A stretch of DNA of 57,549 nt, counting the filler. It is 5 parts of 5 records of this genome, joined end to end, with 100 filler letters (N's around TTAATTAATTAA, not from the genome) between each part and the next. Parts side by side here need not be neighbours in the genome. Positions count along the whole stretch, not along the records: positions 17,860 to 34,836 come from SRR20825019_3154; 4 more parts are not named here. One strand, written 5' to 3'. Position 1 is the first letter of the stretch. Each line of letters starts with the position of its first letter. The position numbers were made by a program, and so were the translations under genes. Below the pieces are notes generated by a model, which was not told where the DNA came from, made no database searches, and saw only the letters and a list, made by a program, of their open reading frames with translations. Shown here piece by piece: positions 17,860-30,927 of the stretch.

Positions 17860-20800
17860 CAACGGTACCATCTTTGCCTATGGTCAGACTGGGTCGGGGA
17901 AAACACACACTATGACCGGGTATCAGGGTGACGAAGGGATTATTCCACGCTTGAACAGAGATCTTTTTCGTCGGATAGGGATAGAAAAGAGCAAGGATAC
18001 GAACAAACGATTTCTTGTCACATGCAGCTACTTTGAAATCTACAACGAAATTATTTGTGATCTCCTTGATCCAAGTAAGTGAGCTCATGATATACCGATG
18101 GATCGTGTGATCGACAGAGTCTCACGCCTTTGTACTGCAGCCAAGAAGAAGAGAGACCACAGCCATCATGTACGGAGTTTGTATACGCTTTGGCCAGGGC
18201 GGCACTGACATGCACAACAGGGCCTAGATATCAAGGAGCACCCTGTTCTCGGGATTTACATCAAGGGGTTGCAAGAGATAGTCGTTGATTCCCATGTGAA
18301 GTTGGCGGAACTGGTAAAGTACCCGTACATGCACTAGGTGGATAGTTGAGCCTGGCAATAGATGGAGGCGGGTAATCAGTTGAGGACATCGAGTGCTACA
18401 AAGATGAATGAGACATCCAGTCGCTCGCATTCTGTATTTACTATCAAGGTCCATCAGAAAGATGCCAATGCAGATAACAAAGGTAGCGGAGAGGTGGTGC
18501 TGGGGTTGTTCACGATAGCTCATCTCGGAGCAGGCATATTCGCCAAGATTAACCTTGTCGATTTGGCTGGCTCGGAGAGAGTATCCAAGACTGGCGCTAC
18601 AGGAGACCAACTGAAGGTATTGCGCCCGCCGGGTCTTTGTTGCAATTCCGCTTACCTTCGATGACTATAGGAAGGAGCAAACATCAACAAGTCCCTATCG
18701 GCACTGGGAAATGTCATTAATGCCCTTGCTGAGAAGTCGAAATCAAAGAAGAAGTCTTTCATCCCTTACCGGTACGATTGCTTTTGCGTTGGCCTCGCCC
18801 ATCTAACTGTCAGCTCAGTAATTCCAAGTTGACACGAGTTCTTCAAGAATCTCTTGGAGGGAATTCCCTGACTTCCATGATTGCTGCATTTTCTCCGGCA
18901 TTGAGCAACATTGACGAGACTATCAGTACCCTCAAGTATGCTGATCGAGCGAAGGTCAGCCGCGATATAACCTCAACCTATTTCTGTTCTTACTTTATTT
19001 GAAGGCTATTGTGGTCAATGCAGTCAAGAACGAGGATGTCAGCCAAGTTGACAAACTCCAGACGGAGATTGAGATGCTCAAAAAGAAGCTAGAAGAACAA
19101 CAAAAGAATCAGGTAAGGATTTGCAGAGAATGAGTTGAAGAAGGCAGATCTAAGCAGGAACGATAGGCAACTGGTGGCCTTGATGCGGAAGAAAAGCGGA
19201 AGCTCGAAGAGAAGTACAAAAGTCAAATAGAAGAGATCGATTCGATGATGAAACAGGTATTTCCAAAGCATGATTTGTTGAATGTCACTCAAGGGTGTAT
19301 AGACTTGGGAAGACAAGGAGAATATGTCCAAGGAGTTTGAGGAGGAAAGATTGCGTATTTTGGCCGAAACAAAGAAAGAGAAAGAGGAACTTTCCAGGCG
19401 AGTGGAGGAAGAAAAGCGCAAGCGACGAGAGATGATGGCAACAAAGAAGGACATTGAACTAAGCATCCGAGATATAGGTAGGCCACGCGGAACAATGAGA
19501 AATGATCCATCTTATGGGCAAATCAGGTCTTGGGGACAAAAGAAAACTTGACCAGTGGCTTCGTATGTTTGCCCTTATGAAGCAAATGGGGACGGATCTC
19601 CAGAGTCAGCGGGCGGCTCTGCATCTGTACAGAACATCACTCGAAGCCGATGTTCCATCATGGATATCTAGAGATGACGATGATGACGACGATGCTATGA
19701 GAAAAGCCCACATCGACCAGGTACAAAGTGAATATCACGAATTCCTTTGCAATTCTGATTGTGTGTCGGATAAAACAGGGACGTGTGAAGCTCAAGAGCC
19801 TGATTGGGGAGATTGAGAACATGTCAACAAAGGAGGACAAACTCCGAACTGTTGTCAATGACTTGGAGGGGGCTGTTGCCGCTGAAATCGTTCGTGTTTC
19901 TGATAGTGTTGCCTCGCGTGCGGATGGAGAAAGTAGTGGTATGGTCTGTACGGTCTTTAGATGCCGCTTTGTTCTTAGTTGAGGCAATAGGAGATGAGGA
20001 ATCACATAAGGAAAAGGCTGAGCACATTCAAAGAAAGGTTGATGGACTTGAATTCACGATGAAGTTGATATCCGAATGGAAAGATGAAAATCTAAAGCCC
20101 ATTGACCATGCCAGCGCGGTAACTGCCGATGGAGTTGTTTCTCTACTGCAGAGTGAACTGGCTCTGGAGGAGAGCTCCGATGCACAGGATGCAGCTGTTG
20201 TCAAAAATATCTCGGAAGTATTGCACAAGCTGGCCAAGTACAAGGACAACAAGGACCATGCCTCCAAGGTAGACCACAGTGTCTCTCTGTGAATGATAGC
20301 TGACTGGCGTTAGATGATGAAATACGAGCAGAAAGGCCTAGACCTTGTCAGTTCGCGGATGGCCGCGCGTAGATTGGTATATGTTTTGCAGATTGCGTTA
20401 CTGGCAACATCATGCTTAATGGGGTTTTAGGTCGCACATGCCTTGGCAAGTGAAAACCAGAGCACATTGAAAGACGTGAGTTGAATAGACGGTGGCTGAT
20501 TCCTCGGGCTGAGACGAGGATATGTAGATCCAGGAGGAATGTGAGCGACTTCGGAATGAGCTGGAGAAAGCTCGAGATGGGGAGAAGAGGGCTACCAGCC
20601 AGCTGTCAGGGTTGGAAGACACCAGCCATGCCCTTTCCCATGAAGGTTCGAGTGTCGCTGACTTGTGACGAGATATTTGTTGACTGGTAGACACAGTTGG
20701 CGTCATAAAAAGGCAACTCGAGGAGGAGCAGATTCGTTACAAGGAGGCCGAGGAGTACAAACAGAAGTACCGGGCTGAGTTGAACGAGGCCAAGGTAAGA

Positions 20801-22627
20801 ATCGTAACCAAAACGAATTCCGTGTATAAGGCTGACTCGTCGTAGCTTGAGCATGACCGCATTGTGAGAGAGCAGGCCGAAAGTCAGGAGAGGGAAAGCC
20901 AATTGTCGCGTTCGGTTGAGGATTTGAAGGTATGGGCAATGCTGTGATACATTGTAAATCACTGTAGTAACTATTCCTAGCTGCGCTTGGCGCAAATGAA
21001 TGAAATGCAAGCTGTTCTTAGTGAAAAGGTAGAAGCCACAGAGCGTAGCGGTGAGGAGGAGATCACAGAACTTCGTCGAGAGAAACAAACACTCCAAATG
21101 CAAACGGATGGGTATGACATTTGAATTGAAAGTGCGTTTGAACGATTGAAAGTTGGTGGCTAGGTACCGTATGGAATTGGAAAGTGAGCAGAGGCGGCGC
21201 GAGGAATCTGAGGAGGCTCGCCAAGTTTTAAAGAAAACTCTTGCGAGCACGGAAGACGAGCTTTCAAGGGCTCGCATTGAGAATGCGGAACTACAAGAGA
21301 GAGTGACCGCTCTGTCTCAAGAGTCCAAGGACGGCAATGCCAGGTATTAGGGCCCCATGCCTCGGAGTTTCCCTGCTAATGACAGTATGTAGATTGGAAG
21401 AAAAGGAGAAGCGAGTCCTGGATGTCGAACGAGAGCTTCGAGAATTGGCGTCCGCGCATGAAACTGCAAAAGAATCCGTTGTGGAGCTCAACAGTCAGAT
21501 TGAAAAGCTGAAGTCAGCTAACACAACTTTGGAAAGCCGCGCATCTGAAACACAAGCCCTCCTCAACAACACTGTTACACTAGAACAACAATTGATGGAC
21601 ACTTCTGCAGAGTTGATGAGGGCGAAGGGCGACATGACTCGGTATGAACGGCACCTGAATGTACGAAAGTATATCGACTCATGACTATCTAGGATGGAGG
21701 ACCACATCAAGGCGCTTGAGCAGGAGGCGACCGAGAGTGCGGAATTCCTTGACGAAATGCGGTCAAGATTGGACACAGTCATTCGTGAGAAGGAAGTATT
21801 GGAGGAGAGGTATGGTTTGCACTTCTCAATGCAGTTTCAATGCTGATGTTATTGTTAGGCAATACGAACTCCAAGAACAAGTTGATGTAGTTACTGATGA
21901 ACGTGACAATGCCCGCCAGAAAGAGGAGGAGCTGTTTGAAGAGGTTGTAGACAAAGAGGAAGAAATTGTGAATCTTTCAAATAGATATACGGAGTTTACA
22001 GATCAATTGAACGACTATAGAGACATGGTACGCTTGCAAAGCCGTATCCCTGGAATGGTGCTAACATCTTGGTTGCAGCTGAGTGACGCTCAAGATGAAG
22101 TGGAGCAACTTAAAGAATGGAAATATGAGCAGTAGGAGGTTTTGCGTTGAACGCATTCTTTGATCTAAGACATGTATGCAGTATGCGGTCAACACCTGCA
22201 ACGCCGGTGGAGACTCCTGGAGATGAAATGATGGAGAATGACATCAAGAATTTGTCTTCCGCTTTGCGTAAGCTATACAGGGTACAGATGCATCGCATAC
22301 ACATGCAAGACATGAAATGACACTTTTTCAGGTTGCTGTATCAAACGGTAAGGCGCTTGCTGAGGACATGCCCGCTCAGGACATTGCGAATGTAGGACTT
22401 TTGCTTGCTCTGCACGGTGACACCGGTGCTAATCACAGCCATCTATTTCAGATTGTTGTGAAAGATGTTCAGTTGGCAATGTCTCGTAAGAACGAAGAAA
22501 TGGAATCTCTGAAGCAGCAGAATGAGGACCTTTCCTACCAGATCGACCAGGTTAGCGTAGTACAGAATTCAAGTGTCGCTCTTCTCACATAAGCATCCAG
22601 TTGCAGGACGATTTCAATGGTAACTAG
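17860..22627 (+). CDS. Eukaryotic kinesin (kinesin-3-like motor, long coiled-coil tail); spliced, about 27 GT-AG introns, 5'-truncated; 3' end tentative
   Basis: The spliced product reads [91 protein letters not shown] and [13 protein letters not shown]. Example introns: 18075-18140, 18170-18220, 18314-18361, 18483-18533, 18617-18670, 18772-18818, 18955-19004. Confidence 0.9.
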
Positions 22628-22836
22628 GTTAAGCATGGAGACCTGGTTGCGGTAATAGGTAATTTATGCACCCAACACCTCAATGGAGCGAAGACAGCCC
22701 TAGTGTTCTCACTCACGCTGGCGCATGTGATGAAGCGGACGAGGGACATGAACGAAAGCATATCCTCGTTCTGGTAACAATCCATGCTCACCCTGCGAAG
22801 ATGTTTCTTCGGCCAAGAAGCGAAATAAGGGCAATC

Positions 22837-24417
22837 TCAATCAAGCACGATAAACTCTGATTCCCCCGATGCGGGACCTGCCCTTCTTCCTCGGTAGTTG
22901 CGCTCCATCTCTTCACGTCTATGATGTTCTCGCACACCATAGGACGCCAAAGTCCTTTGTGCACGCCCTCCGCTAGCGCTGGCGGCATTCGTCCGCCTAT
23001 GCCTCTGGATTGTTTCTCGCATTTGTTCTCGCATTTGTTCTCGCATTTGTTGCATACGCCTCGCAATCACACCGGGCAAGGCTTGTTGGTTGGCTTCCTG
23101 TTGTCCTCCGAAAATCGCACGTTGTCCTGCCAACGCTTCGGCATGCAGTAAAGCATTAAAAGGTGCGTGGTGGGCTTGCCGTTGGAACGGCGCGCCTTCT
23201 GGAGCCACAGGCATGCTTGGAATCAATGGTCTCTGTGAGCGCTCTGATGACTCCCACGCCTAGAAACGGCCGAGTGTAAGCGAATACACATTTGGAAGGC
23301 ACACAACTCCCTTACTTTGTTTCTTTCGTCGTATTCCTCCTTCTCTTTCTCGGACAGAGCAGTCACTACCAGCGCAATCGCATTGCGCACTTGGGAACTC
23401 TCAGCCCCGCTACGGATCACCTCTCTACACTGTGGACAATGCGGCTGCTTGCCCTCTAAGAATGTATGCACACCAACAAAAACATATTCGTCACATACCT
23501 TCTTTTCCTTTCCTGAAACTTGCTTGTCTACCCATTCGCAAACGCATGCAGAACAGAAGCCGTGGCCGCAATTCAAAATGCGCGGATAGGCCATAATTTC
23601 AAAACAGATGCTGTTTCTCCTTAGTATACGCCAATCCACATGAAATGAGTACACCTACCAGCACTGCAACTCATCAGACACCTTTACCACAAGATCTTCC
23701 AGCAAACTGCATCTAGCATCGCGGGACTGGACTTCGGCCTTGTTGGTTTCGCCCATTTCCTCTTGCATTGACGCAACCTCGGACTCGAGTGCTCTAACTC
23801 GCATCCATAACTTTGCATTTTCTTCGACAACTCGCTCCTGCTCGAACTTGCCACGCTTTGGGGATGGGCCATCCACAAAATCGTTGTCATCTTGTTGGAG
23901 ATCTGAAGCTTTCTCTAAGGACCTTTTCAGGCTTGACGACTGTGGCGGAGTGAAGTCACTCTTTAGAACCTTATATTCTACAAATTGCACTCCACTAGAC
24001 TTGTCGCCCATAACAAATGTCTCGCCAATGGGAACTTCAGTGTCAACGTAGGCGCGCAACTATTGCGAAACTTCTTAGTGCCCGGCATGACCCTACTTCT
24101 CCAAGCAACAAACCTGTCTCCCGGATACATGCGTGCCTTTAGTAGAATACAAATCTTGCACAAAGACTTGTATGCTACCCCCTGGTGCGCTCTTCACGGA
24201 CAGCTTGGCGTGCCTAGAGCTAACGGAGCTGCTGCTCGTTGGATCGTTAATGTACACTGGATAAAAAGGGTTAGTCTCGTCTTGACAGTCAAACATATCA
24301 AAACTCACCATCACACGAACTCTTCTTAGACCCCAAAACCAACACCGGGTTCGTCACTACTATGAGAGGAGGTCCCAGCAAGCCACCAACACGTCGAAGA
24401 CGCACGACCTCGCTCAT
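22837..24417 (-). CDS. FHA-coiled-coil-RING (C3HC4) E3 ubiquitin ligase, RNF8/CHFR-like architecture; spliced
   Basis: ATG at 24417. Introns at 24257-24308 and 24060-24113, plus about three more. FHA-like VSSRHAKL...VQDLYSTKGTHV. RING CCICFEIMAYPRILNCGHGFCSAC...CPQCR. Stop at 22837. Confidence 0.8.
23014..23049. repeat. 12-nt tandem repeat x3 (TTCTCGCATTTG), encoding QMRE repeats in the RING protein tail
   Basis: Three perfect copies are directly visible. Confidence 0.9.
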
Positions 24418-24663
24418 GAGCTCCCGCCCTTCGAGCACCAAGGAAAACCCGTTTCAAACTTTATCTTTATCACACTTTTATTTCATTCTAGAGACGTTTT
24501 GAAGCAGGCCGGCACTCAGACCACCGAACTGAACAACTCAAAAGCCAGATGTTTCCCCATCAGGGCCACCCAGCCTCTCACAGACACGAGCATCGTCGCA
24601 GTAAACCGAAACCCCGCCCTGACCAATGTTCAACCGCAACAGCCGACGAACGACTACTACTGG

Positions 24664-24696
24664 CAGGCATCAAACCAGGCATCAAACCAGGCATCA
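24664..24696. repeat. 12-nt tandem repeat (CAGGCATCAAAC) x2.7, intergenic
   Basis: Directly visible at the edge of the GC-rich island. Confidence 0.85.
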
Positions 24697-24950
24697 CCCG
24701 GCGGTCGGTCGTCGTACCCCACGGCCTGCGAGCTCAACTCTCATGGGGCCGGCTCTTGGCGGCCGGCACGCACCGCACTGAGGCCTGGGTTTCCGATTCG
24801 GACGCTCGGGCCACGGGAGGCTCCTCCCCGCGACTCCCGACGGGCGCAAGTCATGGGTGGACGGTCCCTCCTTCGGCGCCGGCGAAGCCGGCCGAAGCCC
24901 GGTCACTGTGGGCCGCGACTGCGGCCCAAGCCGGGCGGCGGCCGGCCACC

Positions 24951-24958
24951 GCGGGAAA
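24951..24958 (-). promoter_or_regulatory. E2F-type site (TTTCCCGC)
   Basis: GCGGGAAA on the + strand matches TTTSSCGC. It lies about 530 nt upstream of the FHA-RING gene. Confidence 0.35.
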
Positions 24959-25711
24959 ACAAATGATGCAGCAGGCCCCCCCCACGAGTCCGACAAAAGC
25001 GGTTTCGAGGAGGATTGTATTGGACCAATTCCATAACCGTTCTTTCCCGGCCGGCCTGGCGACACCGTTGAACCGTGCCAAACTGAAGGGACCCAAGGCC
25101 CCTGCAAAGGCCTCGGACTTGAATGGAGCCATGAGCGGCGTCACTAGCCGGTGTCAGCAAGGCTCCCGACCGCCAACTGATGGCCTGGGGTCAGTTCGGT
25201 GAAGCTGCCGCGTCAGACCTGACGACGGTCACGCTGGCGTCCTGGCGGCGGTCTGGAGGCTGATTGATCAACGGTGGGCTGACTGCCCTTGTTCGCAGGA
25301 TGCGTGCCAAAGTTCAGACGGAAAATTATGTCCGGGCGCCGGGCCGGCGCCCCCCGCGCATGGCGGCCCCGGCCGGCGAGCCGGCACCGAATCGGCCCAT
25401 CGCCGATGGCGGGGGTGACGCCCATCATGGATCGCGTCGTTGCCGGCGGCATGCCGGCCTTGGGGCTTGCGGGTGTTTTAGTCAAGGCCGAGTGTGAGCT
25501 GCGCCAGCCCGGCACGGCTTTCCTCGTCCGCGGATCAACCAAGCCGAAGGGCGTTGGTCAGCCCGCCCCTGCCCTGGCGTGTCTAGTGGCGCACTACGCT
25601 GGGCAACCCGGCTTTTGGCCATGGCAGGGAGATGTAGTCCCTTGCGCAATAACGATAAGTACGAGTCTCAAGAGATATTATAATCAAGAAACTCTGCAAG
25701 GGTGCCTTCGA

Positions 25712-28700
25712 ATGTCGGAGAGTGACAGCAGTCATACTGACGATGATGAACGGATCCACGACGTTCACCATCCCGTTGACGTGTTCTGGCGTGGCTCAGA
25801 TTATCGGAGCGTTGGGAAGAGACGGATCAAGAATACAAGGAGAGGTTGGTTCCGCAAAAAGAAGCCCATAAACAGAGTTTACCCTGTTGACTTGGAGTCA
25901 AGGGGTAGTCATCCTGATGTTGCAGCCGAAACTATTCAGAGAGCGTTTCGAACGTAGGTCCTGTTGACAATGTGTTGCAGTTGGTCTAAAAATCTCTCTT
26001 TCAACTCAGACACCTGGCGAAACGAGCCATGGGAAGGGCCCGCATAGACAAGGAAATAGTCTTTAACCGTGAAACTGTGTCGCGAGCCGTGAGTGATTCC
26101 ATCAATGCATACTACGAACAACTCTTCTTCATTCCGTCATTGGTTGTTGTTGTCCTCTTCTTATTGTCTTTCGATCTTCTGCGAGCCTCGGAGTCGCACT
26201 ACGAGCTTGGGGGCAACTTGAAAGATATGGTTTGGACGAGAGAATTTGTGGCTAATACAGCTGGTCCCGACGTGGCCTCGTGGTCAAATTTTCAACAGAT
26301 GATATACACAAATTATTTTGACCAGTTAGAGATTGATACTACTTGTACAGCTGGGGCGTGCGACTACGTTTATCATATAGGACCGTATCACATTATATCA
26401 CACCTGATTGGTCAACGTCGAGGAAAAACATTTTCTTGTTCAGAATCCGGCCACCATGTGGATGGACTTGGTACTTACAATTCGAACTACTGTTACAGGG
26501 GTTTATCGTATGGTGTCGATACTACCACCTACTCTTATCAGGGAAAGACTTTAACCTACAGTACTGATGACATCGACACCACATTATCAACCTCTGCCTT
26601 GGCAACAATAATACGAAGCAGCTCTAGTGAATGCATGATGCACAAGACCAATGACGATCTGATTCGAAAAACAGACTCTTTTGCTATTCCAATTCCCAAA
26701 AATATGGGAACTACAGATTTGACGAACCTTTTAACTTATTTTGATAGGTGTGCCTGGTTTGATTTAGCTACGCGGGAGGTGTGGTTGGAGGTTCTTGCCT
26801 CGTGCTTTCAGCCGGAGCCAGTTATGATTGTTATGTGGATTATATATTATATCGATGTGAATGGCTTGTGGGAGGCAGAATATGTTATCATAGTTGGCGA
26901 TCTCATGAAGGCGGAGGAATCTCCTCAGCCATCACGAGTAGCGGGCCTGTCACTAATGATTATCAATATTATATTCATCTTCGTAGCGGTGATGTACAAT
27001 CTATGCGAATTTGGGGCTGGCTTCGCTATTTCCGATTGGCGATTCATGCGCAAGTACTTGGGTTCTTTGTCAACATGGCTTTCAACGCTTTCGTATATTT
27101 CCATGATACTTGCGTACTCTTTCCTCTTCGACGCGGAAGCATCTGTGCAGAGCCTCATCAACTCGTCCGGCGCTTTTGACGGGAGTGACAACAGAGTTCC
27201 CATTGTGAACTTTGTCGATTCCCAGTTGATTGCCACCAATATGAGAGCAATTGCGAACTTCTTTACAGTTGTGAAGCTCTTGCAGTATATGCAGCACAAG
27301 GGTATGCTTTCCATGCTTTTCCAAACTTTATATTTGACTGCATCAAATATGCTGCACTTCTTCTTTACCCTGGGAACAATCTTTGTGGGCTTGGTGTTTT
27401 TTGTACATCACTTGTATGGCGGTCGAATTTACGATTTCCGCAACTTTACGCAAACGTTTTATGCGGTATTTCGGTTATGCTTTGGGGACTTCGATTATGA
27501 AAGCATGTACTGGACTGACTCTTTGTGGGTCCCTGTGGTACTTTTCATTGGTCTTGTGCTTATATCTGTTATTCTTCTCAATTTCTTCATTGCCGTGGTG
27601 TTAGATGGGTACTTGGCGCTTGCTGAACGGCGACGATACAATACCACTGCTGCTGCAGAGCTGGCCTTCTATGGTGTGTACATGAGAGATATTATGTGGA
27701 AAGGATGTGTCTCTCTTGAAGAGATCAGTTTGATCCTTAACAACAAGCATCTCCTTGGCCGCAAAGATGAAGTTTCCTTACTTGACCTGCGTGTGTTTGC
27801 CCACGGTGAACTACCCTGGGAATTCCTTACTATCTTGTACGATGAAGGTGGCCGGAAGAACTTGGACTCGCTTTTTGGAGGGCCATATCCAGCGGCGTTT
27901 ACCAAGCCAACATTGAAGTTCCGGAAATTGAAGTACCGCAGGTTACGACCATTTTTTGCTCTGTGTATGATTCCTTGCTTCAGGTTGGCAGATACTTGGT
28001 GCTATCGTTTGTACCGCTTGCAATATGCAAAGTTTGCATATGAGCACCTCCGGCAGCGCGTATATGTGAAGAGTGGAGACAACTCGACGACACGAACCTC
28101 ACTTCAGATCATGAAAATGGAGCCACGTGATATTAAGCGCATCATGGTTATGCGAGCACAGGAAGCCAAGCAACTTGGAAATTTTGCAGATGTCGGTAAG
28201 GCGGATCATAACCAACCACGATCTCGGTCACAATCACGGCCACAGTCATCGCGGTCACGCGCCCGCAGTCCTCAATCTGCTGAGCAGGATCAATTCGTTA
28301 TGATGAATGAAATGGAGTCCCTTAGAGGCGCGATTGAACATCTTGCGAGGAAGCCACCTGGAGTGGAAACCAATGAGTCGATTAGGCTGGCGGAAAGGAT
28401 TGTGAGTACTGGCAGGGATTACATGGATCAAGACCAATGTTCTCAAGGGGGCGCAATGTCGATGGATGAGAATGATGGCGACGAAGATGGCAGCCATAGC
28501 AACGACATTACAACAGGATTCAATTTTACGCCTAAGATCCTAACTCCAAAAAGTCCCAAAACTGATGTTGAGGAATTCTCCCTTGTTGGAACACCAAAGA
28601 TAACGAATGTTTTGGCTCTGCCGACTGACATTGTGCCAACTCCGCCTGGCAATAATTTGATTAGTCAGCGTTCACAGAAAACCCACCGGTCTCAACAAAG

Positions 28701-28989
28701 CGTAGTGAGCAGCGCGATGCCTGCAGCAGGACCATTGATTACTTCTAGTGAGGGCGATAACACTCCAGCACCAATAGTTTCTCCTAGTCTTAATCGTTCT
28801 ACTCTGCCGGGGAGAGTGGAGCGTGCGCCATCTGTGATGCTGGAGAGCAATGACCCTAAGCCGACCAAAGGTCCGCCTCCTCCTCCTCCAAAGAAGAAGA
28901 CAAAGGAAGATGACGATTCTTCCGCAGTGGCTCAATCGGATAGCCAAAAGCCAAGTGACGAAGAGAGCAAAAGCTTAAAGGGAGCTTAA
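25712..28989 (+). CDS. Polycystin-2 (PKD2/TRPP)-like cation channel with N-terminal IQ motif; one intron (25954-26009)
   Basis: Exon 1 (MSESD...AAETIQRAFR) splices in frame onto a 2.98-kb exon. TM1, a large extracellular loop with WFDLATREV, five further TMs, pore FRLCFGDFDY and S6 ILLNFFIAVVLDGY. Confidence 0.85.
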
Positions 28990-29261
28990 CTGGAGCACAT
29001 ACTCTGAAAATGAAGGAATATCCGTACTTTGAAAATGAAAGAAAATCCGCTCGGAAGCAGGTATTTTGAGCAGGAAAGGTATGAAAATAGTTTTGAGCAC
29101 GAGACTAGACACCATTGTAGTGATTGGATTGTTGTTGAGTCAAGGCCGTATTCCTGAATAAACAGTACCATAGTATGCTGAGAAACAAAGAAGTGCGTGG
29201 ATTGTTTGTGGAATGACGCACTTCCGCGCCAGCGCTCTCGGTTTATTCGATTACAGGGCGT

Positions 29262-30428
29262 CTAGAAATAGTCGTGACCGAAGACCGATCTGTCAAAGTC
29301 CAATTTCTCTTGAGATCTTGGTGCCGGTATAACAGGCTGGGCATTCTCACTACTCAACTCAGAACGATTTAACCGAATGTGGTAGGGTGGCTCGAGAACG
29401 GCCCTCTGGCCGTCCGTCCACTCCACTGCGTCAAGGCGCGTACTGCCTTCCCCAGCAAATTCATACAAGTAACCCCGACCATAGGCCATATTGTACGGAG
29501 AGAACCTAAACAGCAATATCCTACGCTCATCATTCCCTTTCCAAGGCAGAGCACCGTGTGCGGTTGCTTCCTATTTATGCAGAAAAGTTGGCTCAATCCC
29601 ACACTGAACGGAATCAACCCACCGAGAAGAGCACAACATCACCAGGATTCATTGCGGGTTGCTGAACATAACTTGCGAATTCGCTATTTTCTAGTGTCAT
29701 AAACTCTTGAGGAATGGGTTCATTCGACTTGTGACTACCAGGAATAGCAACAAACCCTCCGTCACCAGCCTTAGTTGGGGATAGCTGCACCGACATTGCA
29801 AGGAGGCTATTGTGTCTGGGAATACAAGGTAAACTTCAAAAGACGCGCACAAAAAATTGATCAGTACATTTGACCACGCTCGTAGAAGTACGCAAGATCT
29901 CTCCTCCACACTCCAGCACTATCAACTGCGCCGCCGTGAAAATCGAATCTGGAATATGACGGACGCCAATTTAACTAACCACTCCAGCGTTTTACATGAA
30001 CAAACATACCCTTCAACCCCTACGAATCACGCAACTTAGACGTAAACCGGACTGGTGTTTAGGAATACTATACCAGGTCTTTGTACTATGGCTAAAGGAA
30101 GGTGATCGAGTCGATATCCTGGTGACACGAGATCGTTCAGAACTGGTACCAGCTTTTGGTGATCCAGGATTCGACGAAACTGAGCACCTTCTTCTCCAGG
30201 CCATAGCAGGAAGCGACCAAGGTCTAAGCGTCCGCTTTTCTTGTCTCCAGTGAACACTTCGTTCTTGGAGTTCCTCAATCCTCCCAATCTCTCCTTAAAC
30301 TCGTCCATGTGACTAGTTAGGGCTTTGTTGAAGCCAGCTACTTCTTCTGCAGTGAATACGTTTCGGAGGATAATGAACCCATTTAAGTCAAACAAATACT
30401 TTTGCGCTGATGTTAGTCCAGCCATCAT
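29262..30428 (-). CDS. Phytanoyl-CoA dioxygenase (PhyH)-like Fe(II)/2OG oxygenase; five exons including a 10-nt microexon
   Basis: Introns 30020-30073, 29949-30009, 29816-29867 and 29571-29622 give a continuous frame: YLFDLNGFIILRNV...GYRLDH...VEGFDFHGG...DGGFVAIPGSHK...PGDVVLFSEATAHG...ERR. Confidence 0.85.
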
Positions 30429-30927
30429 ATCTAACTCTTACTTCACCACAGGTCTATTTCTCGCGACAATCTATATCAGACTATATCCAACTTCGAAACT
30501 GATTTTCATAGAGGAGCTCTGCCTCGGAACCAGCCAAAAGGCAAGCCCCTTGAGAGTGATTGCATTCATACCTCCAAGACACAGTTCGAGTGTGGTGAGC
30601 CGGGACGGCGCAGAGGCGGCACCGGGATGCGCTGACCCTCTTTGCGAAGTCGATCATGTCGTTGGGCCCACGGCCCGCCTCGCGGCTGACTCACCACCCG
30701 GGCCGCCGGCCGCCCCAGGCGGGCGCCGGCCGCCGAGGGGGCCCCCCGGGGCTGGGCCCGGCACTGAGGCCTTGGCCGCGGAGAGGCCGCCACCAGCATG
30801 GCGCCCGCGGCGCGGGACTGAGAAGATTGGAAGGGCCTCAGGGCGCGCCGGCGGGCGCCGCCGGCCCAGCAGGGGACGGTGGGCTTGGTTGCGTCACTCG
30901 GCACTCCGACTGAGGCCGTGGGCCAAC

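Noticed and set aside
17860-24417. Fragmented ORFs suggesting pseudogenes or stop-codon reassignment
   Set aside because: The interruptions I traced are resolved by short GT-AG introns under the standard code, and the 2.6-3.0-kb exons nearby are open in the standard code.
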